A DNA stretch of 64,000 nt from Auanema rhodensis (lineage: Eukaryota; Animalia; Nematoda), in NCBI GenBank assembly GCA_964057225.1, contig OZ059894.1, positions 4,030,001-4,094,000 of the forward strand. The letters are read 5' to 3'. Positions 42,250 through 55,300 of this stretch are shown one piece after another. Positions within the stretch are counted from its first letter, which is position 1, and each line of letters starts with the position of its first letter. The translations under genes were made by a program, and so were the position numbers. Below the pieces are notes generated by a model. It was not told where the DNA came from, did not search any database, and saw only the letters and a list, made by a program, of their open reading frames with translations.

Positions 42250-45200
42250 ATGCATCATTTTTCAAACGATCATAACTAATTTTTGTATCAAGCGTTTCTT
42301 AATGTAGTATAGTGCATTCGATGCGGATTTTTAAGCTGCGTCGATCTGTGTTATCAGATTTGCGCTAGCTTAAAAATGCACCGAGATATCAACTGATATA
42401 AGTTCACACTTATATCCTCGATTTTCTACCTGAAGAATTAATTTTTTCGTTGAATAACATTGTCCATCGTCTTTGCCTTGAAAAATGGAATCTAAAAACA
42501 TCTACTTTTTGCTAAATTATTTTGAAATTTTTCGAAAAAATTTTTGTCAAAATGTTTTTGGAAGCAATGTTGAGTGTACATGGAAACTCAACATACACTA
42601 ATGCATCATTTTTCAAACGATCATAACTAATTTTTGTATTAAGCGTTTCTCAATGTAGTATAGTGCATTCGATGCGGATTTTTAAGCTGCGTCGATCTGT
42701 GTTATCAGATTTGCGCTAGCTTAAAAATGCACCGAGATATCAACTGATATAAGTTCACACTTATATCCTCGATTTTCACCCTGAAGAATTAATTTTTTCG
42801 TTGAATAACATTGTCCATCGTCTTTGCCTTGAAAAAAGGAATCTAAAAACATCTACTTTTTGCTAAATTATTTTGAAATTTTTCGAAAAAATTTTTGTCA
42901 AAATGTTTTTGGAAGCAATGTTTAGTGTACATGGAAACTCAACATACACTAATGCATCATTTTTCAAACGATCATAACTAATTTTTGTATCAAGCGTTTT
43001 TTAATGTAGTATAGTGCATTCGATCCGGATTTTTAAGCTGCGTCGATCTGTGTTATCAGATTTGCGCTAGCTTAAAAATGCACCGAGATATCAACTGATA
43101 TAAGTTCACACTTATATCCTCGATTTTCACCCTGAAGAATTAATTTTTTCGTTGAATAACATTGTCCATCGTCTTTGCCTTGAAAAATGGAATCTAAAAA
43201 CATCTACTTTTTGCTAAATTATTTTGAAATTTTTCGAAAAAATTTTTGTCAAAATGTTTTTGGAAGCAATGTTGAGTGTACATGGAAACTCAACATACAC
43301 TAATGCATCATTTTTCAAACGATCATAACTAATTTTTGTATCAAGCGTTTCTTAATGTAGTATAGTGCATTCGATGCGGATTTTTAAGCTGCGTCGATCT
43401 GTGTTATCAGATTTGCGCTAGCTTAAAAATGCACCGAGATATCAACTGATATAAGTTCACACTTATATCCTCGATTTTCTACCTGAAGAATTAATTTTTT
43501 CGTTGAATAACATTGTCCATCGTCTTTGCCTTGAAAAATGGAATCTAAAAACATCTACTTTTTGCTAAATTATTTTGAAATTTTTCGAAAAAATTTTTGT
43601 CAAAATGTTTTTGGAAGCAATGTTGAGTGTACATGGAAACTCAACATACACTAATGCATCATTTTTCAAACGATCATAACTTATTTTTGTAACAAGCGTT
43701 TCTCAATGTAGTATAGTGCATTCGATGCGGATTTTTAAGCTGCGTCGATCTGTGTTATCAGATTTGCGCTAGCTTAAAAATGCACCGAGATATCAACTGA
43801 TATAAGTTCACACTTATATCCTCGATTTTCACCCTGAAGAATTAATTTTTTCGTTGAATAACATTGTCCATCGTCTTTGCCTTGAAAAAAGGAATCTAAA
43901 AACATCTACTTTTTGCTAAATTATTTTGAAATTTTTCGAAAAAATTTTTGTCAAAATGTTTTTGGAAGCAATGTTTAGTGTACATGGAAACTCAACATAC
44001 ACTAATGCATCATTTTTCAAACGATCATAACTAATTTTTGTATCAAGCGTTTCTTAATGTAGTATAGTGCATTCGATGCGGATTTTTAAGCTGCGTCGAT
44101 CTGTGTTATCAGATTTGCGCTAGCTTAAAAATGCACCGAGATATCAACTGATATAAGTTCACACTTATATCCTCGATTTTCTACCTGAAGAATTAATTTT
44201 TTCGTTGAATAACATTGTCCATCGTCTTTGCCTTGAAAAATGGAATCTAAAAACATCTACTTTTTGCTAAATTATTTTGAAATTTTTCGAAAAAATTTTT
44301 GTCAAAATGTTTTTGGAAGCAATGTTGAGTGTACATGGAAACTCAACATACACTAATGCATCATTTTTCAAACGATCATAACTAATTTTTGTATTAAGCG
44401 TTTCTCAATGTAGTATAGTGCATTCGATGCGGATTTTTAAGCTGCGTCGATCTGTGTTATCAGATTTGCGCTAGCTTAAAAATGCACCGAGATATCAACT
44501 GATATAAGTTCACACTTATATCCTCGATTTTCACCCTGAAGAATTAATTTTTTCGTTGAATAACATTGTCCATCGTCTTTGCCTTGAAAAAAGGAATCTA
44601 AAAACATCTACTTTTTGCTAAATTATTTTGAAATTTTTCGAAAAAATTTTTGTCAAAATGTTTTTGGAAGCAATGTTTAGTGTACATGGAAACTCAACAT
44701 ACACTAATGCATCATTTTTCAAACGATCATAACTAATTTTTGTATCAAGCGTTTTTTAATGTAGTATAGTGCATTCGATCCGGATTTTTAAGCTGCGTCG
44801 ATCTGTGTTATCAGATTTGCGCTAGCTTAAAAATGCACCGAGATATCAACTGATATAAGTTCACACTTATATCCTCGATTTTCACCCTGAAGAATTAATT
44901 TTTTCGTTGAATAACATTGTCCATCGTCTTTGCCTTGAAAAATGGAATCTAAAAACATCTACTTTTTGCTAAATTATTTTGAAATTTTTCGAAAAAATTT
45001 TTGTCAAAATGTTTTTGGAAGCAATGTTGAGTGTACATGGAAACTCAACATACACTAATGCATCATTTTTCAAACGATCATAACTAATTTTTGTATCAAG
45101 CGTTTCTTAATGTAGTATAGTGCATTCGATGCGGATTTTTAAGCTGCGTCGATCTGTGTTATCAGATTTGCGCTAGCTTAAAAATGCACCGAGATATCAA

Positions 45201-45800
45201 CTGATATAAGTTCACACTTATATCCTCGATTTTCTACCTGAAGAATTAATTTTTTCGTTGAATAACATTGTCCATCGTCTTTGCCTTGAAAAATGGAATC
45301 TAAAAACATCTACTTTTTGCTAAATTATTTTGAAATTTTTCGAAAAAATTTTTGTCAAAATGTTTTTGGAAGCAATGTTGAGTGTACATGGAAACTCAAC
45401 ATACACTAATGCATCATTTTTCAAACGATCATAACTTATTTTTGTAACAAGCGTTTCTCAATGTAGTATAGTGCATTCGATGCGGATTTTTAAGCTGCGT
45501 CGATCTGTGTTATCAGATTTGCGCTAGCTTAAAAATGCACCGAGATATCAACTGATATAAGTTCACACTTATATCCTCGATTTTCACCCTGAAGAATTAA
45601 TTTTTTCGTTGAATAACATTGTCCATCGTCTTTGCCTTGAAAAAAGGAATCTAAAAACATCTACTTTTTGCTAAATTATTTTGAAATTTTTCGAAAAAAT
45701 TTTTGTCAAAATGTTTTTGGAAGCAATGTTTAGTGTACATGGAAACTCAACATACACTAATGCATCATTTTTCAAACGATCATAACTAATTTTTGTATCA
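42250..45800. repeat. 5-monomer (1755-bp) tandem duplication
   Basis: The monomer-type series 42469, 42820, 43171, 43522 repeats at 44224, 44575, 44926, 45277. The CTACCTG marker at 42427/44182 and 43480/45235 is offset by 1755. Boundaries approximate. Confidence 0.8.
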
Positions 45801-46329
45801 AGCGTTTTTTAATGTAGTATAGTGCATTCGATCCGGATTTTTAAGCTGCGTCGATCTGTGTTATCAGATTTGCGCTAGCTTAAAAATGCACCGAGATATC
45901 AACTGATATAAGTTCACACTTATATCCTCGATTTTCACCCTGAAGAATTAATTTTTTCGTTGAATAACATTGTCCATCGTCTTTGCCTTGAAAAATGGAA
46001 TCTAAAAACATCTACTTTTTGCTAAATTATTTTGCAATTTTTCGAAAAAATTTTTGTCAAAATGTTTTTGGAAGCAATGTTGAGTGTACATGGAAACTCA
46101 ACATACACTAATGCATCATTTTTCAAACGATCATAACTTATTTTTGTAACAAGCGTTTCTCAATGTAGTATAGTGCATTCGATGCGGATTTTTAAGCTGC
46201 GTCGATCTGTGTTATCAGATTTGCGCTAGCTTAAAAATGCACCGAGATATCAACTGATATAAGTTCACACTTATATCCTCGATTTTCAACCTGAAGAATT
46301 AATTTTTTCGTTGAATAACATTGTCCATC

Positions 46330-49300
46330 GTCTTTGCCTTAAAAAATGGAATCTAAAAACATCTACTTTTTGCTAAATTATTTTGAAATTTTTCGAAAAA
46401 ATTTTTGTCAAAATGTTTTTGGAAGCAATGTTGAGTGTACATGGAAACTCAACATACACTAATGCATCATTTTTCAAACGATCATAACTAATTTTTGTAT
46501 TAAGCGTTCTTCAATGTAGTATAGTGCATTCGATCCGGATTTTTAAGCTGCGTCGATCTGTGTTATCAGATTTGCGCTAGCTTAAAAATGCACCGAGATA
46601 TCAACTGATATAAGTTCACACTTATATCCTCGATTTTCACCCTGAAGAATTAATTTTTTCGTTGAATAACATTGTCCATCGTCTTTGCCTTGAAAAAAGG
46701 AATCTGAAAACATCTACTTTTTGCTAAATTATTTTGAAATTTTTCGAAAAAATTTTTGTCAAAATGTTTTTGGAAGCAATGTTGAGTGTACATGGAAACT
46801 CAACATACACTAATGCATCATTTTTCAAACGATCATAACTAATTTTTGTATTAAGCTTTTCTCAATGTAGTATAGTGCATTCGATGCGGATTTTTAAGCT
46901 GCGTCGATCTGTGTTATCAGATTTGCGCTAGCTTAAAAATGCACCGAGATATCAACTGATATAAGTTCACACTTATATCCTCGATTTTCACCCTGAAGAA
47001 TTAATTTTTTCGTTGAATAACATCGTCCATCGTCTTTGCCTTGAAAAATGGAATCTAAAAACATCTACTTTTTGCTAAATTATTTTGAAATTTTTCGAAA
47101 AAATTTTTGTCAAAATGTTTTTGGAAGCAATGTTGAGTGTACATGGAAACTCAACATACACTAATGCATCATTTTTCAAACGATCATAACTAATTTTTGT
47201 ATCAAGCGTTTCTTAATGTAGTATAGTGCATTCGATGCGGATTTTTAAGCTGCGTCGATCTGTGTTATCAGATTTGCGCTAGCTTAAAAATGCACCGAGA
47301 TATCAACTGATATAAGTTCACACTTATATCCTCGATTTTCTACCTGAAGAATTAATTTTTTCGTTGAATAACATTGTCCATCGTCTTTGCCTTAAAAAAT
47401 GGAATCTAAAAACATCTACTTTTTGCTAAATTATTTTGAAATTTTTCGAAAAAATTTTTGTCAAAATGTTTTTGGAAGCAATGTTGAGTGTACATGGAAA
47501 CTCAACATACACTAATGCATCATTTTTCAAACGATCATAACTAATTTTTGTATTAAGCTTTTCTCAATGTAGTATAGTGCATTCGATCCGGATTTTTAAG
47601 CTGCGTCGATCTGTGTTATCAGATTTGCGCTAGCTTAAAAATGCACCGAGATATCAACTGATATAAGTTCACACTTATATCCTCGATTTTCACCCTGAAG
47701 AATTAATTTTTTCGTTGAATAACATCGTCCATCGTCTTTGCCTTGAAAAATGGAATCTAAAAACATCTACTTTTTGCTAAATTATTTTGAAATTTTTCGA
47801 AAAAATTTTTGTCAAAATGTTTTTGGAAGCAATGTTGAGTGTACATGGAAACTCAACATACACTAATGCATCATTTTTCAAACGATCATAACTAATTTTT
47901 GTATCAAGCGTTTCTTAATGTAGTATAGTGCATTCGATGCGGATTTTTAAGCTGCGTCGATCTGTGTTATCAGATTTGCGCTAGCTTAAAAATGCACCGA
48001 GATATCAACTGATATAAGTTCACACTTATATCCTCGATTTTCTACCTGAAGAATTAATTTTTTCGTTGAATAACATTGTCCATCGTCTTTGCCTTAAAAA
48101 ATGGAATCTAAAAACATCTACTTTTTGCTAAATTATTTTGAAATTTTTCGAAAAAATTTTTGTCAAAATGTTTTTGGAAGCAATGTTGAGTGTACATGGA
48201 AACTCAACATACACTAATGCATCATTTTTCAAACGATCATAACTAATTTTTGTATTAAGCTTTTCTCAATGTAGTATAGTGCATCCGATCCGGATTTTTA
48301 AGCTGCGTCGATCTGTGTTATCAGATTTGCGCTAGCTTAAAAATGCACCGAGATATCAACTGATATAAGTTCACACTTATATCCTCGATTTTCACCCTGA
48401 AGAATTAATTTTTTCGTTGAATAACATTGTCCATCGTCTTTGCCTTGAAAAAAGGAATCTGAAAACATCTACTTTTTGCTAAATTATTTTGAAATTTTTC
48501 GAAAAAATTTTTGTCAAAATGTTTTTGGAAGCAATGTTGAGTGTACATGGAAACTCAACATACACTAATGCATCATTTTTCAAACGATCATAACTAATTT
48601 TTGTATTAAGCTTTTCTCAATGTAGTATAGTGCATTCGATGCGGATTTTTAAGCTGCGTCGATCTGTGTTATCAGATTTGCGCTAGCTTAAAAATGCACC
48701 GAGATATCAACTGATATAAGTTCACACTTATATCCTCGATTTTCACCCTGAAGAATTAATTTTTTCGTTGAATAACATCGTCCATCGTCTTTGCCTTGAA
48801 AAATGGAATCTAAAAACATCTACTTTTTGCTAAATTATTTTGAAATTTTTCGAAAAAATTTTTGTCAAAATGTTTTTGGAAGCAATGTTGAGTGTACATG
48901 GAAACTCAACATACACTAATGCATCATTTTTCAAACGATCATAACTAATTTTTGTATCAAGCGTTTCTTAATGTAGTATAGTGCATTCGATGCAGATTTT
49001 TAAGCTGCGTCGATCTGTGTTATCAGATTTGCGCTAGCTTAAAAATGCACCGAGATATCAACTGATATAAGTTCACACTTATATCCTCGATTTTCTACCT
49101 GAAGAATTAATTTTTTCGTTGAATAACATTGTCCATCGTCTTTGCCTTAAAAAATGGAATCTAAAAACATCTACTTTTTGCTAAATTATTTTGAAATTTT
49201 TCGAAAAAATTTTTGTCAAAATGTTTTTGGAAGCAATGTTGAGTGTACATGGAAACTCAACATACACTAATGCATCATTTTTCAAACGATCATAACTAAT

Positions 49301-52300
49301 TTTTGTATTAAGCTTTTCTCAATGTAGTATAGTGCATTCGATCCGGATTTTTAAGCTGCGTCGATCTGTGTTATCAGATTTGCGCTAGCTTAAAAATGCA
49401 CCGAGATATCAACTGATATAAGTTCACACTTATATCCTCGATTTTCACCCTGAAGAATTAATTTTTTCGTTGAATAACATTGTCCATCGTCTTTGCCTTG
49501 AAAAAAGGAATCTGAAAACATCTACTTTTTGCTAAATTATTTTGAAATTTTTCGAAAAAATTTTTGTCAAAATGTTTTTGGAAGCAATGTTGAGTGTACA
49601 TGGAAACTCAACATACACTAATGCATCATTTTTCAAACGATCATAACTAATTTTTGTATTAAGCTTTTCTCAATGTAGTATAGTGCATTCGATGCGGATT
49701 TTTAAGCTGCGTCGATCTGTGTTATCAGATTTGCGCTAGCTTAAAAATGCACCGAGATATCAACTGATATAAGTTCACACTTATATCCTCGATTTTCACC
49801 CTGAAGAATTAATTTTTTCGTTGAATAACATCGTCCATCGTCTTTGCCTTGAAAAATGGAATCTAAAAACATCTACTTTTTGCTAAATTATTTTGAAATT
49901 TTTCGAAAAAATTTTTGTCAAAATGTTTTTGGAAGCAATGTTGAGTGTACATGGAAACTCAACATACACTAATGCATCATTTTTCAAACGATCATAACTA
50001 ATTTTTGTATTAAGCGTTTCTCAATGTAGTATAGTGCATTCGATGCGGATTTTTAAGCTGCGTCGATCTGTGTTATCAGATTTGCGCTAGCTTAAAAATG
50101 CACCGAGATATCAACTGATATAAGTTCACACTTATATCCTCGATTTTCACCCTGAAGAATTAATTTTTTCGTTGAATAACATCGTCCATCGTCTTTGCCT
50201 TGAAAAATGGAATCTAAAAACATCTACTTTTTGCTAAATTATTTTGAAATTTTTCGAAAAAATTTTTGTCAAAATGTTTTTGGAAGCAATGTTGAGTGTA
50301 CATGGAAACTCAACATACACTAATGCATCATTTTTCAAACGATCATAACTAATTTTTGTATTAAGCGTTTCTCAATGTAGTATAGTGCATTCGATGCGGA
50401 TTTTTAAGCTGCGTCGATCTGTGTTATCAGATTTGCGCTAGCTTAAAAATGCACCGAGATATCAACTGATATAAGTTCACACTTATATCCTCGATTTTCA
50501 CCCTGAAGAATTAATTTTTTCGTTGAATAACATTGTCCATCGTCTTTGCCTTGAAAAATGAAATCTAAAAACATCTACTTTTTGCTAAATTATTTTGAAA
50601 TTTTTCGAAAAAATTTTTGTCAAAATGTTTTTGGAAGCAATGTTGAGTGTACATGGAAACTCAACATACACTAATGCATCATTTTTCAAACGATCATAAC
50701 TAATTTTTGTATCAAGCGTTTCTTAATGTAGTATAGTGCATTCGATGCGGATTTTTAAGCTGCGTCGATCTGTGTTATCAGATTTGCGCTAGCTTAAAAA
50801 TGCACCGAGATATCAACTGATATAAGTTCACACTTATATCCTCGATTTTCTACCTGAAGAATTAATTTTTTCGTTGAATAACATTGTCCATCGTCTTTGC
50901 CTTGAAAAATGGAATCTAAAAACATCTACTTTTTGCTAAATTATTTTGAAATTTTTCGAAAAAATTTTTGTCAAAATGTTTTTGGAAGCAATGTTGAGTG
51001 TACATGGAAACTCAACATACACTAATGCATCATTTTTCAAACGATCATAACTAATTTTTGTATTAAGCGTTTCTCAATGTAGTATAGTGCATTCGATGCG
51101 GATTTTTAAGCTGCGTCGATCTGTGTTATCAGATTTGCGCTAGCTTAAAAATGCACCGAGATATCAACTGATATAAGTTCACACTTATATCCTCGATTTT
51201 CACCCTGAAGAATTAATTTTTTCGTTGAATAACATTGTCCATCGTCTTTGCCTTGAAAAAAGGAATCTAAAAAATCTACTTTTTGCTAAATTATTTTGAA
51301 ATTTTTCGAAAAAATTTTTGTCAAAATGTTTTTGGAAGCAATGTTTAGTGTACATGGAAACTCAACATACACTAATGCATCATTTTTCAAACGATCATAA
51401 CTAATTTTTGTATCAAGCGTTTTTTAATGTAGTATAGTGCATTCGATCCGGATTTTTAAGCTGCGTCGATCTGTGTTATCAGATTTGCGCTAGCTTAAAA
51501 ATGCACCGAGATATCAACTGATATAAGTTCACACTTATATCCTCGATTTTCACCCTGAAGAATTAATTTTTTCGTTGAATAACATTGTCCATCGTCTTTG
51601 CCTTGAAAAATGGAATCTAAAAACATCTACTTTTTGCTAAATTATTTTGAAATTTTTCGAAAAAATTTTTGTCAAAATGTTTTTGGAAGCAATGTTGAGT
51701 GTACATGGAAACTCAACATACACTAATGCATCATTTTTCAAACGATCATAACTAATTTTTGTATCAAGCGTTTCTTAATGTAGTATAGTGCATTCGATGC
51801 GGATTTTTAAGCTGCGTCGATCTGTGTTATCAGATTTGCGCTAGCTTAAAAATGCACCGAGATATCAACTGATATAAGTTCACACTTATATCCTCGATTT
51901 TCTACCTGAAGAATTAATTTTTTCGTTGAATAACATTGTCCATCGTCTTTGCCTTGAAAAATGGAATCTAAAAACATCTACTTTTTGCTAAATTATTTTG
52001 AAATTTTTCGAAAAAATTTTTGTCAAAATGTTTTTGGAAGCAATGTTGAGTGTACATGGAAACTCAACATACACTAATGCATCATTTTTCAAACGATCAT
52101 AACTTATTTTTGTAACAAGCGTTTCTCAATGTAGTATAGTGCATTCGATGCGGATTTTTAAGCTGCGTCGATCTGTGTTATCAGATTTGCGCTAGCTTAA
52201 AAATGCACCGAGATATCAACTGATATAAGTTCACACTTATATCCTCGATTTTCACCCTGAAGAATTAATTTTTTCGTTGAATAACATTGTCCATCGTCTT

Positions 52301-55300
52301 TGCCTTGAAAAAAGGAATCTAAAAACATCTACTTTTTGCTAAATTATTTTGAAATTTTTCGAAAAAATTTTTGTCAAAATGTTTTTGGAAGCAATGTTTA
52401 GTGTACATGGAAACTCAACATACACTAATGCATCATTTTTCAAACGATCATAACTAATTTTTGTATCAAGCGTTTTTTAATGTAGTATAGTGCATTCGAT
52501 CCGGATTTTTAAGCTGCGTCGATCTGTGTTATCAGATTTGCGCTAGCTTAAAAATGCACCGAGATATCAACTGATATAAGTTCACACTTATATCCTCGAT
52601 TTTCACCCTGAAGAATTAATTTTTTCGTTGAATAACATTGTCCATCGTCTTTGCCTTGAAAAATGGAATCTAAAAACATCTACTTTTTGCTAAATTATTT
52701 TGCAATTTTTCGAAAAAATTTTTGTCAAAATGTTTTTGGAAGCAATGTTGAGTGTACATGGAAACTCAACATACACTAATGCATCATTTTTCAAACGATC
52801 ATAACTTATTTTTGTAACAAGCGTTTCTCAATGTAGTATAGTGCATTCGATGCGGATTTTTAAGCTGCGTCGATCTGTGTTATCAGATTTGCGCTAGCTC
52901 AAAAATGCACCGAGATATCAACTGATATAAGTTCACACTTATATCCTCGATTTTCAACCTGAAGAATTAATTTTTTCGTTGAATAACATTGTCCATCGTC
53001 TTTGCCTTAAAAAATGGAATCTAAAAACATCTACTTTTTGCTAAATTATTTTGAAATTTTTCGAAAAAATTTTTGTCAAAATGTTTTTGGAAGCAATGTT
53101 GAGTGTACATGGAAACTCAACATACACTAATGCATCATTTTTCAAACGATCATAACTAATTTTTGTATTAAGCGTTCTTCAATGTAGTATAGTGCATTCG
53201 ATCCGGATTTTTAAGCTGCGTCGATCTGTGTTATCAGATTTGCGCTAGCTTAAAAATGCACCGAGATATCAACTGATATAAGTTCACACTTATATCCTCG
53301 ATTTTCACCCTGAAGAATTAATTTTTTCGTTGAATAACATTGTCCATCGTCTTTGCCTTGAAAAAAGGAATCTGAAAACATCTACTTTTTGCTAAATTAT
53401 TTTGAAATTTTTCGAAAAAATTTTTGTCAAAATGTTTTTGGAAGCAATGTTGAGTGTACATGGAAACTCAACATACACTAATGCATCATTTTTCAAACGA
53501 TCATAACTAATTTTTGTATTAAGCTTTTCTCAATGTAGTATAGTGCATTCGATGCGGATTTTTAAGCTGCGTCGATCTGTGTTATCAGATTTGCGCTAGC
53601 TTAAAAATGCACCGAGATATCAACTGATATAAGTTCACACTTATATCCTCGATTTTCACCCTGAAGAATTAATTTTTTCGTTGAATAACATTGTCCATCG
53701 TCTTTGCCTTGAAAAATGGAATCTAAAAACATCTACTTTTTGCTAAATTATTTTGCAATTTTTCGAAAAAATTTTTGTCAAAATGTTTTTGGAAGCAATG
53801 TTGAGTGTACATGGAAACTCAACATACACTAATGCATCATTTTTCAAACGATCATAACTTATTTTTGTAACAAGCGTTTCTCAATGTAGTATAGTGCATT
53901 CGATGCGGATTTTTAAGCTGCGTCGATCTGTGTTATCAGATTTGCGCTAGCTCAAAAATGCACCGAGATATCAACTGATATAAGTTCACACTTATATCCT
54001 CGATTTTCAACCTGAAGAATTAATTTTTTCGTTGAATAACATTGTCCATCGTCTTTGCCTTAAAAAATGGAATCTAAAAACATCTACTTTTTGCTAAATT
54101 ATTTTGAAATTTTTCGAAAAAATTTTTGTCAAAATGTTTTTGGAAGCAATGTTGAGTGTACATGGAAACTCAACATACACTAATGCATCATTTTTCAAAC
54201 GATCATAACTAATTTTTGTATTAAGCGTTCTTCAATGTAGTATAGTGCATTCGATCCGGATTTTTAAGCTGCGTCGATCTGTGTTATCAGATTTGCGCTA
54301 GCTTAAAAATGCACCGAGATATCAACTGATATAAGTTCACACTTATATCCTCGATTTTCACCCTGAAGAATTAATTTTTTCGTTGAATAACATTGTCCAT
54401 CGTCTTTGCCTTGAAAAAAGGAATCTGAAAACATCTACTTTTTGCTAAATTATTTTGAAATTTTTCGAAAAAATTTTTGTCAAAATGTTTTTGGAAGCAA
54501 TGTTGAGTGTACATGGAAACTCAACATACACTAATGCATCATTTTTCAAACGATCATAACTAATTTTTGTATTAAGCTTTTCTCAATGTAGTATAGTGCA
54601 TTCGATGCGGATTTTTAAGCTGCGTCGATCTGTGTTATCAGATTTGCGCTAGCTTAAAAATGCACCGAGATATCAACTGATATAAGTTCACACTTATATC
54701 CTCGATTTTCACCCTGAAGAATTAATTTTTTCGTTGAATAACATCGTCCATCGTCTTTGCCTTGAAAAATGGAATCTAAAAACATCTACTTTTTGCTAAA
54801 TTATTTTGAAATTTTTCGAAAAAATTTTTGTCAAAATGTTTTTGGAAGCAATGTTGAGTGTACATGGAAACTCAACATACACTAATGCATCATTTTTCAA
54901 ACGATCATAACTAATTTTTGTATCAAGCGTTTCTTAATGTAGTATAGTGCATTCGATGCGGATTTTTAAGCTGCGTCGATCTGTGTTATCAGATTTGCGC
55001 TAGCTTAAAAATGCACCGAGATATCAACTGATATAAGTTCACACTTATATCCTCGATTTTCTACCTGAAGAATTAATTTTTTCGTTGAATAACATTGTCC
55101 ATCGTCTTTGCCTTAAAAAATGGAATCTAAAAACATCTACTTTTTGCTAAATTATTTTGAAATTTTTCGAAAAAATTTTTGTCAAAATGTTTTTGGAAGC
55201 AATGTTGAGTGTACATGGAAACTCAACATACACTAATGCATCATTTTTCAAACGATCATAACTAATTTTTGTATTAAGCTTTTCTCAATGTAGTATAGTG

